This document shows, in pieces, positions 63,339-64,000 of a DNA stretch of 64,000 nt. The notes beneath the pieces are model-generated. The model saw nothing but the letters and a program-made list of their open reading frames with translations. It was not told the DNA's origin and did not search any database. The stretch covers positions 25,968-89,967 of IMG/VR virus record IMGVR_UViG_3300044471_000009; one strand, written 5' to 3'. Position 1 is the first letter of the stretch, and each line of letters opens with the position of its first letter. Origin of the DNA: a virus (taxonomy: Duplodnaviria > Caudoviricetes). A program made the position numbers and the translations under genes.

Positions 63339-63663
63339 TTCGGAAACCAGAGCTGAAACTGAACGCATGAGCAGCTCCGATTTGAGATACATCTGGATGG
63401 TGCTTACTGCTCCTCGGCTGATTAAATCTAAGGCAAGCAGCTTGCACCAGTTTATCGACAGTCTTGAGGCTATGAAAACGCCGGTTCATCAGCGCGGCGA
63501 CTACAAGTTCCTGTGGAAGGCATTGCTTCTGGACTTCCACCCGGAAGATGCGGTCGAACTTTTAAAAAAGCTGCCCGGAATCGAAGTGACAGGCGGCGAG
63601 TTAATGAGTGACGGGACAAGAGTCCCATTGAGCGCGGTTTGGCGTAAAGGAGAAGCAAAATGA
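63322..63663 (+). CDS. Hypothetical protein
   Basis: AGGAGG RBS; start re-called at MQDH. Confidence 0.55.
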   Translation: MQDHGDSETRAETERMSSSDLRYIWMVLTAPRLIKSKASSLHQFIDSLEAMKTPVHQRGDYKFLWKALLLDFHPEDAVELLKKLPGIEVTGGELMSDGTRVPLSAVWRKGEAK

Positions 63664-64000
63664 AGTATGACATCAAAGACGTGGCGGATGGTCATCTTAA
63701 CGGCAAAATCGTTTGGATTTGCGATTATCGCTTTACAGATTTTGCAAACAAGGCAAGCAGGCATGTTGTGCCTCAGCAAGTGCTTGTCAGGAGCAACGAG
63801 GAAACGAAAAAAAGAATTTACTATTCCGAGTCTCACTTCATCGCGCTGAACAGCAAGGGACAGCCGGTTGAGAGCAAGCTAGTATCCCCATTTGACACGA
63901 CCGGATATAGGTCGGAGACAGGTGTGCCGGTTAATGTCTTCGACAACGAGGGGGAATGCAAGGCGTATTATGCCAATCAATGCAGCGAGCTTTTGAGCGG
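63660..64000 (+). CDS. Partial hypothetical protein (runs off the window)
   Basis: ATG at 63660 after GGAGA; MKYDIKDVADGHLNGKIVWICDYRF... stays open to the end. Confidence 0.6.
   Translation, partial: MKYDIKDVADGHLNGKIVWICDYRFTDFANKASRHVVPQQVLVRSNEETKKRIYYSESHFIALNSKGQPVESKLVSPFDTTGYRSETGVPVNVFDNEGECKAYYANQCSELLS

Noticed and set aside
1-64000. Integrated prophage boundaries or att sites
   Set aside because: No integrase, host genes or att-like duplication seen; lifestyle cannot be determined from this window

Overview
The whole window is part of a tailed dsDNA phage genome (siphovirus-like, long non-contractile tail). No host genes, integrase, capsid, terminase or CRISPR array are visible. 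Layout: 1-22.4 kb (+) holds tail and accessory virion genes, a 1980-aa tape measure, the tail tip and a lysis-like block with a CAP/PR-1 protein. 22.3-49.9 kb (-) holds replication, recombination and nucleotide genes (ThyX, HU, UvrD, DnaB, an initiator with internal iterons, SSB, RusA, radical SAM, RecE-like exonuclease). 50.7-64 kb (+) holds early/accessory genes including an IbrA/IbrB module. The strongest non-coding signals are: (1) five copies of a ~130-bp module made of a palindromic enhancer, an AT-rich spacer and a sigma-54-type -24/-12 box at near-constant spacing, with no enhancer-binding protein in the window; (2) a 178-nt tRNA-Leu-scaffold RNA whose variable arm is expanded to 109 nt, followed by a dense hairpin cluster; (3) a C-CCU-UUG -1 frameshift tail-chaperone pair displaced from its usual position; (4) two sigma-70 promoters each enclosed by a 40-bp inverted repeat. 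Product names come from motif recognition by eye, not database searches.
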